NCBI GenBank assembly: GCA_963771175.1
Contig: CAVYSY010000046.1
Location: 96,001 to 160,000, forward strand
DNA: 64,000 bases
Origin: an uncultured delta proteobacterium
GTDB lineage: Bacteria; Myxococcota; Myxococcia; Myxococcales; Myxococcaceae
Direction of reading: 5' to 3'
A model generated the notes under the pieces. That model worked only from the letters and a program-made list of their open reading frames with translations, searched no databases and was not told where the DNA came from. Positions 41,784 to 50,431 of this stretch are shown here, one piece after another. The position numbers and the translations under genes are program-made. Numbering within the stretch: position 1 is the stretch's first letter; every line of letters starts with the position of its first letter.

Positions 41784-42632
41784 ATGGACGAACAGACCTT
41801 CATGAAGCTGATGCAGATCCTCCCCAAGTCCGCGCTATCCACGGCGGTGGGGATGGCCACGCGCCTGCCCGTGCCGGCGCCACTGCACCGGGCGGCCATC
41901 AAGGCCTTCGCGAAGTCCTACAACGTGGACGTCGCCGAGGCCGAGCACACCCTCGAGCACTACCCGACCTTCGCGCAGTTCTTCACCCGCGGCCTCAAGG
42001 CGGGCCTGCGTCCCGTGGAGCCGGGTGAGAAGGTCGTCGTGTCCCCGGTGGACGGCGCGGTGTCCCAGGTGGGCTACTCCGAGCACGGCCGTGTCATGCA
42101 GGCCAAGGGCATCCACTACACCGTGGACGAGCTGCTCGGGGACCCCCAGGCCGCGAAGCCCTTCCACGGCGGCGCCTGGACCACCATCTACCTGTCGCCC
42201 CGCGACTACCACCGCATCCACTCGCCGCTCGGCGGGAAGATCACCGGGTACTCGTACATCCCCGGCGAGTTCTGGCCCGTGAACGTGGCCTCGGTGAAGT
42301 ACAAGCAGGCGCTCTTCTGCGTGAACGAGCGGCTCGTCACCTACCTCGGACACCGCTGGCCGGCCAGTGCGCCGTGGTGAAGGTGGGCGCCACGTGCGTG
42401 GCGCGCATCAAGGCCGCCTATGACGACGTCGCTCACGCACACGGGCAAGCCGGGCAAGGTGCACCGCTACGACTCCGCCATTCCGGTGGAGAAGGGCGGG
42501 GAGCTGGGCCGCTTCGAGATGGGCTCCACCGTCATCCTGCTCTTCGAGCCGGGTCGCGTGCGCTGGGACGAGAGCCTCGCAGCCGGAGGCCGGTGGTGCG
42601 CATGGGCCGGCGCATCGGAGAGGTCGTCGTGA
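41784..42632 (+). CDS. psd: Phosphatidylserine decarboxylase proenzyme, frameshifted
   Basis: [49 protein letters not shown] (self-cleavage GST). Confidence 0.93.
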
Positions 42633-43926
42633 GTCAGAAGGTCAGTGGCGTCAAGGGGATGAACGACCTCCTCCCCGGTGAGGTCGAGGTGTGGCAGCAC
42701 CGTCGAGCGCACCGCCCGCGAGCTGTTCGGGCGCTTCGGCTACGGCGAGGTGCGCACCCCCATGGTCGAGGACACCGCGCTCTTCGTGCGCAGCGTGGGC
42801 GAGGAGACCGACATCGTCGGCAAGGAGATGTACACCTTCGAGGACAAGGGCGGCCGCAGCCTCGTCCCTGCGCCCCGAGGGCACCGCGCCGGCGGCGCGC
42901 GCGTACATCGAGCACTCCGTCGTCAACCAGGAGCCGCTCACGCGCTGGTTCTACATGGGCCCGATGTTCCGCTACGAGCGCATGAAGACGGGCGCTACCG
43001 CCAGTTCCACCAGATCGGCGCCGAGGCCTACGGCGCGCAGGAGCCCGCCGCAGGACGTCGAGGTGATGGACATGGTGGTGCAGTTCCTCGAGGCGCTGGG
43101 GCTCACCGACGTCTCGCTCAACCTCAACTCGCTCGGGGACGAGGCGTGCCGGCCCGTCTACCAGGCGAAGCTGGTGGAGCACCTGCGCGCCCACCGCGAG
43201 CGAGCTGTGCGCCGACTGCCAGGAGCGGCTGGATGCGCAACCCGCTGCGGGTGCTCGACTGCAAGAACCGAGCGCTGCCAGGAGATCGCCAGCGCCGCGC
43301 CCAACATCCTCGAGTTCCTGTGCGAGCCGTGCCGCGCGCACTTCGCCGAGGTGCAGCGCAAGCTGGACGCGCTCGGCATCCGGTACGTCGTCAACCCGCG
43401 CATCGTGCGCGGGCTCGACTACTACACGCGCACCACGTTCGAGTTCATCGCCTCGCACCCCGCGCTGGGCACCGCCAGCACCGTGGGCGGCGGCGGGCGC
43501 TATGACAAGCTGGTGAAGAGCCTGGGCGGGCCGGACGTGCCCGCGGTGGGCTTCGGCCTCGGGTTGGATCGGCTCTGCCTGCTGCTCAAGGAGAGCGGCC
43601 AGCAGTTCTCCCAGCCGGCGGACCTCTTCGTCGCCGTGGCGGACGAGGGCTCGGCGGATGCCGCCTTCGTGCTCGCCAGCACGCTGCGCCGCGAGGGCCT
43701 GCGCGTGGAGTTCGACACGCGCGGCGGCAGCCTCAAGAGCCAGATGAAGCGCGCCGACAAGGTGGGGGCCCGCTACACGCTGGTGCTCGGCCAGAACGAG
43801 CGCGAGAGCGGCAAGGCCCAGCTCAAGCCCATGGCGGGCGGAGAGCCCCTCGCCGTGGAGCTCGCCCACGTGGCCCGCACCTTGCGTGAAGCACTCTCCC
43901 GGTCCTCGACTCCCTCGGCCTCCTGA
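42629..43926 (+). CDS. hisS: Histidine--tRNA ligase, several apparent frameshifts
   Basis: [67 protein letters not shown]. Confidence 0.95.
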
Positions 43927-44042
43927 GCCGCGGGGAAGGGTGGATAGCCGGTAAAGCCCGCCAGACCCCTGACAATCCAAGGGGTTGGGCGGGCGGCGAT
44001 TTGGGGGTGTCGCCGAGGTGACGTTACAATCGTGCTCCAGTG

Positions 44043-44447
44043 ATGCCACAGGACTGGACGCACGCGGAGCGAGAGGGCCCGTGCTGGATTCCCATCCGGG
44101 GAGACAGCATGTGGCCCTCTTTGCGTTCGGGCGACGTGGCGCGCGTGGAGCCGCTGACGGAGTCTCCTCGGCCCGGCGAGGTGGTGGTCGCGCGCTTCGA
44201 CCATGCGCTGGTGGTGCACCGCGTGCGCCGCTGTGACGCGGACGCGTGCGTGCTGCGCGGGGACAACGTGCCGGCGGAGGATCCGCCCCTGCCTCGCGCG
44301 CGGCTGCTGGGGCGGGTGCGCTTCGTGCGTCGTGGGGGCGAGGTGCTCGCGCCGGCCCGGTGGGATCGGGGGCCCCTGCGTTGGGGCCGCTGGCGCGTGG
44401 TGGTGAAGCGCGGGCTGGCGGCGCTGCTCGGGCGGAGGCGCGCATGA
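44043..44447 (+). CDS. S24/S26-family signal-peptidase-like protein (Ser/His type, no N-terminal TM)
   Basis: GDSMWPSLRSGD (catalytic Ser box), PGEVVV, VVHRV, LRGDN, LLGRV. Confidence 0.8.
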   Translation: MPQDWTHAEREGPCWIPIRGDSMWPSLRSGDVARVEPLTESPRPGEVVVARFDHALVVHRVRRCDADACVLRGDNVPAEDPPLPRARLLGRVRFVRRGGEVLAPARWDRGPLRWGRWRVVVKRGLAALLGRRRA

Positions 44448-44731
44448 GCTTCCGAGCGGACAGCATCCCCCATCGGCGCGAGGGCGCGGACGGTCAGCGC
44501 TTCGGCGAGGACTTCGTGGTGTTGGATCCGGAAGGTCACATGCTTCGGGGTCTCAACGAGACGGCCGCGCGGGTCTGGGAGCTGGTCGACGGCCGGCGCA
44601 CCGCGCGCGACATCGCCGGAGTGGTGGCGAGCGAGTACGGCGTGGAAGTGGAGCGGGTGCTCGGGGACTGCCTGTCCTTCCTCGCGCGACTCGTGGGACA
44701 TGGGCTGTTGGACGCGGAGGTGCATCGATGA
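44444..44731 (+). CDS. PqqD-family RiPP recognition element (RRE), 95 aa
   Basis: EDFVVLD..GLNETAARVWELVDGRRTARDIAGVVASEYGVEVERVLGDCLSFLARLVGHGLL. ATGA overlap with the upstream gene. Confidence 0.92.
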   Translation: MSFRADSIPHRREGADGQRFGEDFVVLDPEGHMLRGLNETAARVWELVDGRRTARDIAGVVASEYGVEVERVLGDCLSFLARLVGHGLLDAEVHR

Positions 44732-45186
44732 GAGTGCTCGGGATGGCGTCTGTGCTCCTGCTGCTGGCCGCGTGCGACCAAGGCAGCGTCCCGAATCCTC
44801 CCGACTGGGGGTCGTGGAATGGCATCACTCCGCCGGTGCGGCCCACGCCGCCGCTGCCTCCGCTGGTGGGCGTGGCGGAGGTCGCCTACGTGCCCGAGGG
44901 CGCGCGCGGTCTGTCCGAGGTGACGTCGGTGGAGGTGCGGCTGCGCGTGAGTGGCATCGTCAACTCGGCGTCGGTGGACGCGGAGTTCCTCGCTCCCGGC
45001 CCCGCGGTGTACGAGCGGCGCACCCGCACGGTCGAGGCCCTCCCCACGGAGCAGCGTGAGCTCGTCTTCAGCCTGCCGGTGGCCGCCACCCAAATCCCCA
45101 TCCATGGCCTGAGTGGCTCCTGGGAGGTGCGCTTCTTCGTCGATGGCGCGCCCCTGACCACCACCGCCTTCACCCTGGAGCGCTGA
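44728..45186 (+). CDS. Putative lipoprotein with Ig-like domain
   Basis: VLLLLAAC lipobox, Pro-rich tether, beta-rich domain ending GSWEVRFFVDG..FTLE. ATGA overlap. Confidence 0.8.
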   Translation: MRVLGMASVLLLLAACDQGSVPNPPDWGSWNGITPPVRPTPPLPPLVGVAEVAYVPEGARGLSEVTSVEVRLRVSGIVNSASVDAEFLAPGPAVYERRTRTVEALPTEQRELVFSLPVAATQIPIHGLSGSWEVRFFVDGAPLTTTAFTLER

Positions 45187-45190
45187 CGCC

Positions 45191-48100
45191 ATGATCGCCC
45201 GACTGCTCGCGCTCCTGTTCCTGCTGCTGCCCGCCGCCGCGCTGGCCCAGAACGCGTGGACCGTCACGCCCGTCGACGGCTCCGCGGTGATGGGGGAGAT
45301 CTCCTCGCTCGTCTTCGAGGTGCGCAACGCCTCCACCAGCACCCGACCGATCAACGAGATCAGCCTCGCGGTGGATGGCACCGCCTATGACGTCGACGGT
45401 GGGGATGCTCCGGTGGGCTGGACGGTGAGCACCATTGATCGCAAGGAGCGCCGCATCACCTATTCGGCGAGTGGCTCCTGCGCTCCGGGGCCGTTGGGGA
45501 TCGCGCCGGGAGCCTCCGTGCGCTTCACGCTGCGGCTCGTGGGCCTCGCCGCCAACGCCGATGTCAACGACGCGCTGCTGGCCGGCAATGCCAGCAAGAA
45601 GGCGAGCGAGGCGCGCGACACCTGCTCCGGCACCACGTTCTCCGGAGACCCGACGCTGGCGCGCTGGAAGCGGGTGGGCCTGTCCGCGAGCCTCTCGGTG
45701 CTGCCGCGCACCCTCCAGCTCGGGGGCAACGTCACCGTGCAGCTCGTCGTGGTGAACCGCTCGCTGGTGAACCAGAGCGGCATCTCCCTGAGCGGCCCCG
45801 TGGTGGTGGGGAGCGCCACCTTCGACAAGACGGTGGTGAGCTTCTCGCCGGCCACGCTCTCGCTCGCGCCCGGGGCCACCGGGGCCTTCACCGGCAAGCT
45901 CCAGGCCACGGGGGAGGGGACCGCCTTCCTCCAGGCCTCGGCGGCCAACGCCGCGGTGAGCACCGCGCAGACCTCCTCGCTCCATGTGAACGTGAGCAGC
46001 TTCCCGGCGCTCATCGAGGCGCTGCCCTCCAGCATCGCCCCCGGCGATACGGTGACGGTCCGCCTCGTGGTGTCCAACCCCTCCAAGAGCACCTACCGGG
46101 ACGTCGTCCCCCGTGCTCTTGGATTCGTGGGAACGGCGACGCCCTCGATCCTGAGCGGCCCCACTCCCGCGAGCGCCACGTCGCTCAGCCCGGGCGCGTC
46201 CATCTCCTTCGTCTGGAAGTACCGCGTGGACGGGCCCATTGGCGCCACCTTCGCGTTCCAGGGCCAGGCGGATGCCACGCGCGACGGCGTGCCCCTCTCC
46301 ACGGGCCCGGTGGTCTCCTCTCAAGGGCGCATCGTGGAGCACCGGCTGGCCATCGAGCCCGCCTCCCTCATCTCCGGCGCGAGGAACAAGACGCTCCGCT
46401 ACACCCTCTACAATGGCGGCACGGTGGAGATCCGCTCCGTGAAGCTGCTCGTGCCGGACACGACCTTCTTCACCGTGTCGGGCACGCCCTTCGCCAACGA
46501 CTCCAGCGGGTGGAACACCAGCCCCAACAAGGGCTACACGTGGACGGCCCCCACTGGTGCGCCCGGCATCACTCCGGGCTCGCAGAAGACCTTCGCCATC
46601 GACTACGCCGCCATTGGCACCGTCGCCAGCGACACGGCCTTCAGCCACCAGTTGGAGCTGACGCAGGTGAGCGGCTCCACCACCAACGCCCTCCGCGTGG
46701 ATGCTCCGGTCACCGTCTTCGTCAACCGCGTGCTGCCCGAGGTCGAGTCCCTCGTGGCGCTCGCCGGGCCCCAGCGCAACACGCTCCTGTGGACCAACCC
46801 AGCCGATCATGACGGTGTGCTCGTGCTGCGCTCCGTGGGCTCCGCCCCCAGCACCGCTCCCGAGCCGGGTCGCCGCTATGTCTTGGGCGAGACGCTCGGC
46901 AACGCCACGGTGGTGTACTCGGACGAGCTGAGTGTGGCCTCCTCCTTCGCCGACACCGGGCTCACCGATGGCACCCCCTACGTCTACCGGGTCTACAACC
47001 ACGACGCGCTGTACCGGTACTCGCCGGGCAACGCGCCGCAGTCGCTCGGGTTGAAGTCGACTCCCACGGGCCGCGGGCCCGGCCAGCCGCTGTGGTGCTA
47101 CAGCGTCGGCTTCTCCTCGCTCCAGCAGCCCATCACCGAGCCGGGTCCCACCGGGGGCATCTTCACCTCCAACTCCTCGGGCCGCGTGACGGCCAGCCTG
47201 ACGAACACGTCCTCGCCCGAGCTCGACGGCAACGAGCGCTGGCGCCCGGTGCAGCTCCAGGGCGCCGTGCAGAGCCGCTTCCCGCTCGTCCCGCTGCACG
47301 GTCTTCCCGGGCAGTACATCCTCACCGGCGATCAGGCGGGCTACCCCTACGCCATCCGCGCCGAGACCGGAGAGCTCCTCTGGCGCGGCGCCTCGCTCGG
47401 CATCATCCAGTCCTTCCCCGTGGTGCAGCTCCACGACTACGCCGGCACCGCATACAAGGCGGCTCACCCCAATCGCGATCTGGCCTTCTTCGCCACCCGG
47501 TTGAGCACCGGCACCGACAACAAGGTGGTGGCGCTCGATGCCGCCACCGGCGTGCCCGTGTGGACGTACGCCCCGGGCGACCTCGGCATGGTGAGCGGGG
47601 GCATGTTGATCGACTACACGTACAACCGACTGTTCGTGGGCGCTCGCTCCAACGGAGGCTCCCTGGCCTCGCTGCGCGTCCTCGATAGCCTCACCGGCAC
47701 CGAGCTGGCCCGGCTGTCCCTTGGGGATATCGACTTCGGCCTCGTCCGCTATGGCTCGGCGCTCCTGGCGCTCGTGACGAACAGCGACGGCACCGTGTAC
47801 GGCGTCGACATGGCGAAGCTGACCGTGGCCTGGAGCGCGGCGGTGGCCACCCGCCCGTCGGCCTCGGTGCCCGCGTTCTCCCAATATGCCCGGCCGGTGA
47901 CGAGTGGCTTCGTCGTGAGCATCCTGGGCGCCACCGACGCGGAGGGCAGGGTGGAACGCTGGAACCTCACCACCACCTCCACGGGCACCACGGTGACGCG
48001 GACCTGGTCCACCCCCATCCCGAGCCCCTCCGGCTCCTTCTCGGCCACCCTGGGGGGCGTGCAGCGCCTCTATGTCGGCGGCAAGGACGAGAAGGTGCAC

Positions 48101-48253
48101 GAGCTGGAGATGGCCACCGGCGTGGATGGCAGGCAGATCTCCCTCCCTGGCGCTCTGGCCATCGGCACTCCGACAGTGGACACCTCCGTGTCGCGCCTCC
48201 ACGTGGGCACCCAGGATGGCCGCGTCTGTGCCTTCCAGGTGCCCTTCCCCTGA
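45191..48253 (+). CDS. Large exported protein (1020 aa): Ig-like repeats, FN3-like domain, C-terminal PQQ-like beta-propeller
   Basis: Signal MIARLLALLFLLLPAAALA. Thr/Ser/Val-rich strands, FADTGLTDGTPYVYRVY (FN3-like), and YAIRAETGELLWR, VALDAATGVPVWTY, ELEMATG, VGTQDGRV propeller motifs. Confidence 0.85.
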   Translation: MIARLLALLFLLLPAAALAQNAWTVTPVDGSAVMGEISSLVFEVRNASTSTRPINEISLAVDGTAYDVDGGDAPVGWTVSTIDRKERRITYSASGSCAPGPLGIAPGASVRFTLRLVGLAANADVNDALLAGNASKKASEARDTCSGTTFSGDPTLARWKRVGLSASLSVLPRTLQLGGNVTVQLVVVNRSLVNQSGISLSGPVVVGSATFDKTVVSFSPATLSLAPGATGAFTGKLQATGEGTAFLQASAANAAVSTAQTSSLHVNVSSFPALIEALPSSIAPGDTVTVRLVVSNPSKSTYRDVVPRALGFVGTATPSILSGPTPASATSLSPGASISFVWKYRVDGPIGATFAFQGQADATRDGVPLSTGPVVSSQGRIVEHRLAIEPASLISGARNKTLRYTLYNGGTVEIRSVKLLVPDTTFFTVSGTPFANDSSGWNTSPNKGYTWTAPTGAPGITPGSQKTFAIDYAAIGTVASDTAFSHQLELTQVSGSTTNALRVDAPVTVFVNRVLPEVESLVALAGPQRNTLLWTNPADHDGVLVLRSVGSAPSTAPEPGRRYVLGETLGNATVVYSDELSVASSFADTGLTDGTPYVYRVYNHDALYRYSPGNAPQSLGLKSTPTGRGPGQPLWCYSVGFSSLQQPITEPGPTGGIFTSNSSGRVTASLTNTSSPELDGNERWRPVQLQGAVQSRFPLVPLHGLPGQYILTGDQAGYPYAIRAETGELLWRGASLGIIQSFPVVQLHDYAGTAYKAAHPNRDLAFFATRLSTGTDNKVVALDAATGVPVWTYAPGDLGMVSGGMLIDYTYNRLFVGARSNGGSLASLRVLDSLTGTELARLSLGDIDFGLVRYGSALLALVTNSDGTVYGVDMAKLTVAWSAAVATRPSASVPAFSQYARPVTSGFVVSILGATDAEGRVERWNLTTTSTGTTVTRTWSTPIPSPSGSFSATLGGVQRLYVGGKDEKVHELEMATGVDGRQISLPGALAIGTPTVDTSVSRLHVGTQDGRVCAFQVPFP

Positions 48254-48260
48254 GCCCTCG

Positions 48261-48443
48261 ATGACGCGCGATCCCCAGCCACCTCCCGAGGGAGCTCCGC
48301 CCGCGCCGGCCGTGGCCTCGCGTGCGCGCGTCTACGAGCCCCCCGCGGTGCTCTGGGAACAGCCCTTCGTCGCGCTCGCGCAGGTGTCCTTCAACGGCGA
48401 CTACGGCTGCGAGATCCCCGGCTCGTGCGAGGATATTCCGTGA
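48261..48443 (+). CDS. Putative RiPP precursor peptide (60 aa)
   Basis: MTRDPQPPPEGAPPAPAVASRARVYEPPAVLWEQPFVALAQVSFNGDYGCEIPGSCEDIP. Has a YxxPxV motif and fills the gap between two co-directional genes. Confidence 0.7.
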   Translation: MTRDPQPPPEGAPPAPAVASRARVYEPPAVLWEQPFVALAQVSFNGDYGCEIPGSCEDIP

Positions 48444-48459
48444 GGAGGAGCCGCCGCCC

Positions 48460-49254
48460 GTGGTGACGCTGTCGCTGGCGGGCTGGACGGTGTCCCTGGA
48501 GTCCGAGGACACGGCGCTGGAGGAGCTGCTCGTCCGGGCGTGCCTCGCGTTCCGCACCTCCGAGCCGGCTCGGGCGCACGTCCGGGTGCTGCGTCCGGCG
48601 GTCTCCCGTCCGAGTCCCGCCGTGCGCTCCCTGCCGGAGATCCGCCCCGTCCCTGGTGGCGGTCAGCGGGTGGAGGGGGAGGACTACGTCGCGGACATCG
48701 CTCCCGAGGGCCGGAGCGCCACCGTGACGGGCGAGGGCCGCTTCCCCGTGGACACGGTGTTGAAGGTGATGCTCGCGGGCGAGCTGGCGAGGCGCGGGGG
48801 CCTGCTGGTGCACGGGGTGGCGGTGGAGCACCTCGGACGCGCTGCTCTGTGGACGGGCCCGTCCGGGGCGGGGAAGAGCACCCTGGCCGGGCTGTGGGCG
48901 AGGTCTGGCGGCACGGTGCTGACCGATGAGCTGGTGGCGGTGTGGCCCGAGGCGGGAGGCTGGCGCGCCGCCGGGACGCCGTGGAACGTGGGCATGCCTC
49001 GCGAGGCCTCGCTGCGCGCGGTGGGCCTCCTGGGCTGGGACTCGGGTTCGCGCTGGGAGCCCGTGGGGGCGGGGGAGGTGGCCCGGGTGCTGCTGCTCAA
49101 CGCGCTCCTGCCCGAGTCCTCCGCCGCCGGACGCCGCCATTTGATGGCTACGGCGGGCCGCCTGCTGGCGGAGGTGGAGACGGCCCGGCTCGTCTTCGCG
49201 CGAGATGCCTCCGCGGCGGACGTGGTGCGCGCGGGGCTGGAGCGCGGCTTCTAA
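48460..49254 (+). CDS. HPr-kinase-related P-loop protein
   Basis: GLLVHGVAV, ALWTGPSGAGKSTLA, VLTDELVAV, GTPW. GTG start preceded by AGGAGG. Confidence 0.82.
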   Translation: MVTLSLAGWTVSLESEDTALEELLVRACLAFRTSEPARAHVRVLRPAVSRPSPAVRSLPEIRPVPGGGQRVEGEDYVADIAPEGRSATVTGEGRFPVDTVLKVMLAGELARRGGLLVHGVAVEHLGRAALWTGPSGAGKSTLAGLWARSGGTVLTDELVAVWPEAGGWRAAGTPWNVGMPREASLRAVGLLGWDSGSRWEPVGAGEVARVLLLNALLPESSAAGRRHLMATAGRLLAEVETARLVFARDASAADVVRAGLERGF

Positions 49255-49364
49255 GTCATCCGAAGAGAGTCCGTGCAGGGGTGGCTGCCGGGTGCGACCT
49301 TCGGCAACCTGTACGATAAGTGTACAAGTTGGGGCGGAGCGCGGCCGGGAGGTCGGTGGGCCTC

Positions 49365-49447
49365 CGTGCACAGGGGACCCGCCGGGCTCGGTCTTCGCAA
49401 ACCTGTCCGACAGTCGGACAGGTTTTTGAAAAGCGAGACCGGGAGGT
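49365..49447 (-). repeat. Palindromic intergenic repeat, copy 3 (inverted; core ~49399-49427)
   Basis: Reverse complement reads CCTCCCGGTCTCGCTTTTCAAAAACCTGTCCGACTGTCGGACAGGTTTGCGAAGACCGAGCCCGGCGGGTCCCCTGTGC. Confidence 0.88.
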
Positions 49448-49512
49448 GGTTGGGTCTCTTCCAGGCCCGAGGAATTCCGCTGGTTCATGGTACGAGCGGG
49501 GGTGGAGCGTCG

Positions 49513-50415
49513 ATGAAGCCCTTCCTCACCGTTATCGCTGGACCCACCGCGTCCGGAAAGACCGCGATCGCCATCGAGCTTGCCCGCCGGCAGGGTGGGG
49601 AGATCGTCAGCGCGGACTCGCAGCAGGTGTATCGGTATTTCGACATCGGCACGGCGAAGCCCTCGGCGGAGGAGCTGGCCGCCGTGCCGCACCACCTCAT
49701 CTCCGTGGTGGACCCACTCGAGCCCTTCTCCGCCGCCGAGTACCAGCGTCGGGCTGACGCGGCCATCGAGGAGATCACCTCGCGGGGGAAGCCCGTCTTC
49801 GTGGTGGGCGGGACGGGGATGTACCTCCGCATCCTGCTACACGGCCTGGTGGAGGCGCCGGGGGCGGATCCCGAGCTGCGCGCCGAGCTGGAGGCGCTTG
49901 CCGCCGCCGAGGGCCGCGAGGCCGTGCACCGCAAGCTCGCCGAGGTGGATCCGGAGACCGCCGCGAAGCTTCCGTCCCAGGATCTGGTGCGCACCATCCG
50001 GGCGCTGGAGATCCACAAGCAGACGGGGAAGCCCGCCTCCGAGTTCCGCCGGGAGCACTCCTTCACCGAGGACCGCTATCCCTTCCGGATGTACGTGCTC
50101 TCGCCGCCGCGCGAGGTGCTGTACGGCACCATCGACACGCGCACGGCGGCCATGTTCCAGCGCGGGCTGGTGGACGAGGTACGGGAGCTGATCGCCCGGG
50201 GCTACGCGGAGGCGGCGCCCATGCGCAGCGTGGGCTACGTGCAGGCGAAGGCGGTGGTGGACGGGCGGCTCCCGGTGGAGGAGGCGATCCAGCAGGCGGC
50301 ACAGGAGACGCGCCGCTACGCCAAGCGGCAGCTCACGTGGTTCCGCAAGGAGGCGGGGGCCGTCTTCGTGGAGCCCCCATATGACACGCTGCTGAAGGGC
50401 ACCGGGCCCGGGTGA
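49513..50415 (+). CDS. miaA: tRNA dimethylallyltransferase
   Basis: IAGPTASGKT, SADSQQVY..DIGTAKP, VPHHLI, VGGTGMY, TRRYAKRQLTWFR. Confidence 0.97.
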   Translation: MKPFLTVIAGPTASGKTAIAIELARRQGGEIVSADSQQVYRYFDIGTAKPSAEELAAVPHHLISVVDPLEPFSAAEYQRRADAAIEEITSRGKPVFVVGGTGMYLRILLHGLVEAPGADPELRAELEALAAAEGREAVHRKLAEVDPETAAKLPSQDLVRTIRALEIHKQTGKPASEFRREHSFTEDRYPFRMYVLSPPREVLYGTIDTRTAAMFQRGLVDEVRELIARGYAEAAPMRSVGYVQAKAVVDGRLPVEEAIQQAAQETRRYAKRQLTWFRKEAGAVFVEPPYDTLLKGTGPG

Positions 50416-50431
50416 GGGCAGGAACGGGCGA

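Noticed and set aside
14934..43926. Mass pseudogenisation or programmed frameshifting (fur, ftsB, mlaF, psd, hisS etc.)
   Set aside because: The breaks hit essential genes, cluster in patches and leave motifs recognisable, which fits sequencing or consensus error.
43955..44030. Hairpin after hisS and TACAAT as a defined terminator or promoter for the cassette
   Set aside because: The stem is imperfect and lacks a U-tract, and the -35 match is poor, so it is too weak to call.
45170..48202. Long antisense ORFs (also 2254..4509, 27860..30187, 51195..54053 and others)
   Set aside because: Shadow frames expected from high-GC3 coding on the opposite strand, with no recognisable motifs.
44043..49254. 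Classical lasso peptide or PQQ biosynthesis cluster
   Set aside because: No asparagine-synthetase-like cyclase or B2 protease, no Thr at -2 before a plausible lasso core, and no pqqB/C/E or ExxxY precursor in the window.
2167..49447. Palindromic repeat as CRISPR repeat or IS ends
   Set aside because: Copies are isolated and kilobases apart, with no spacers and no transposase between or beside them.
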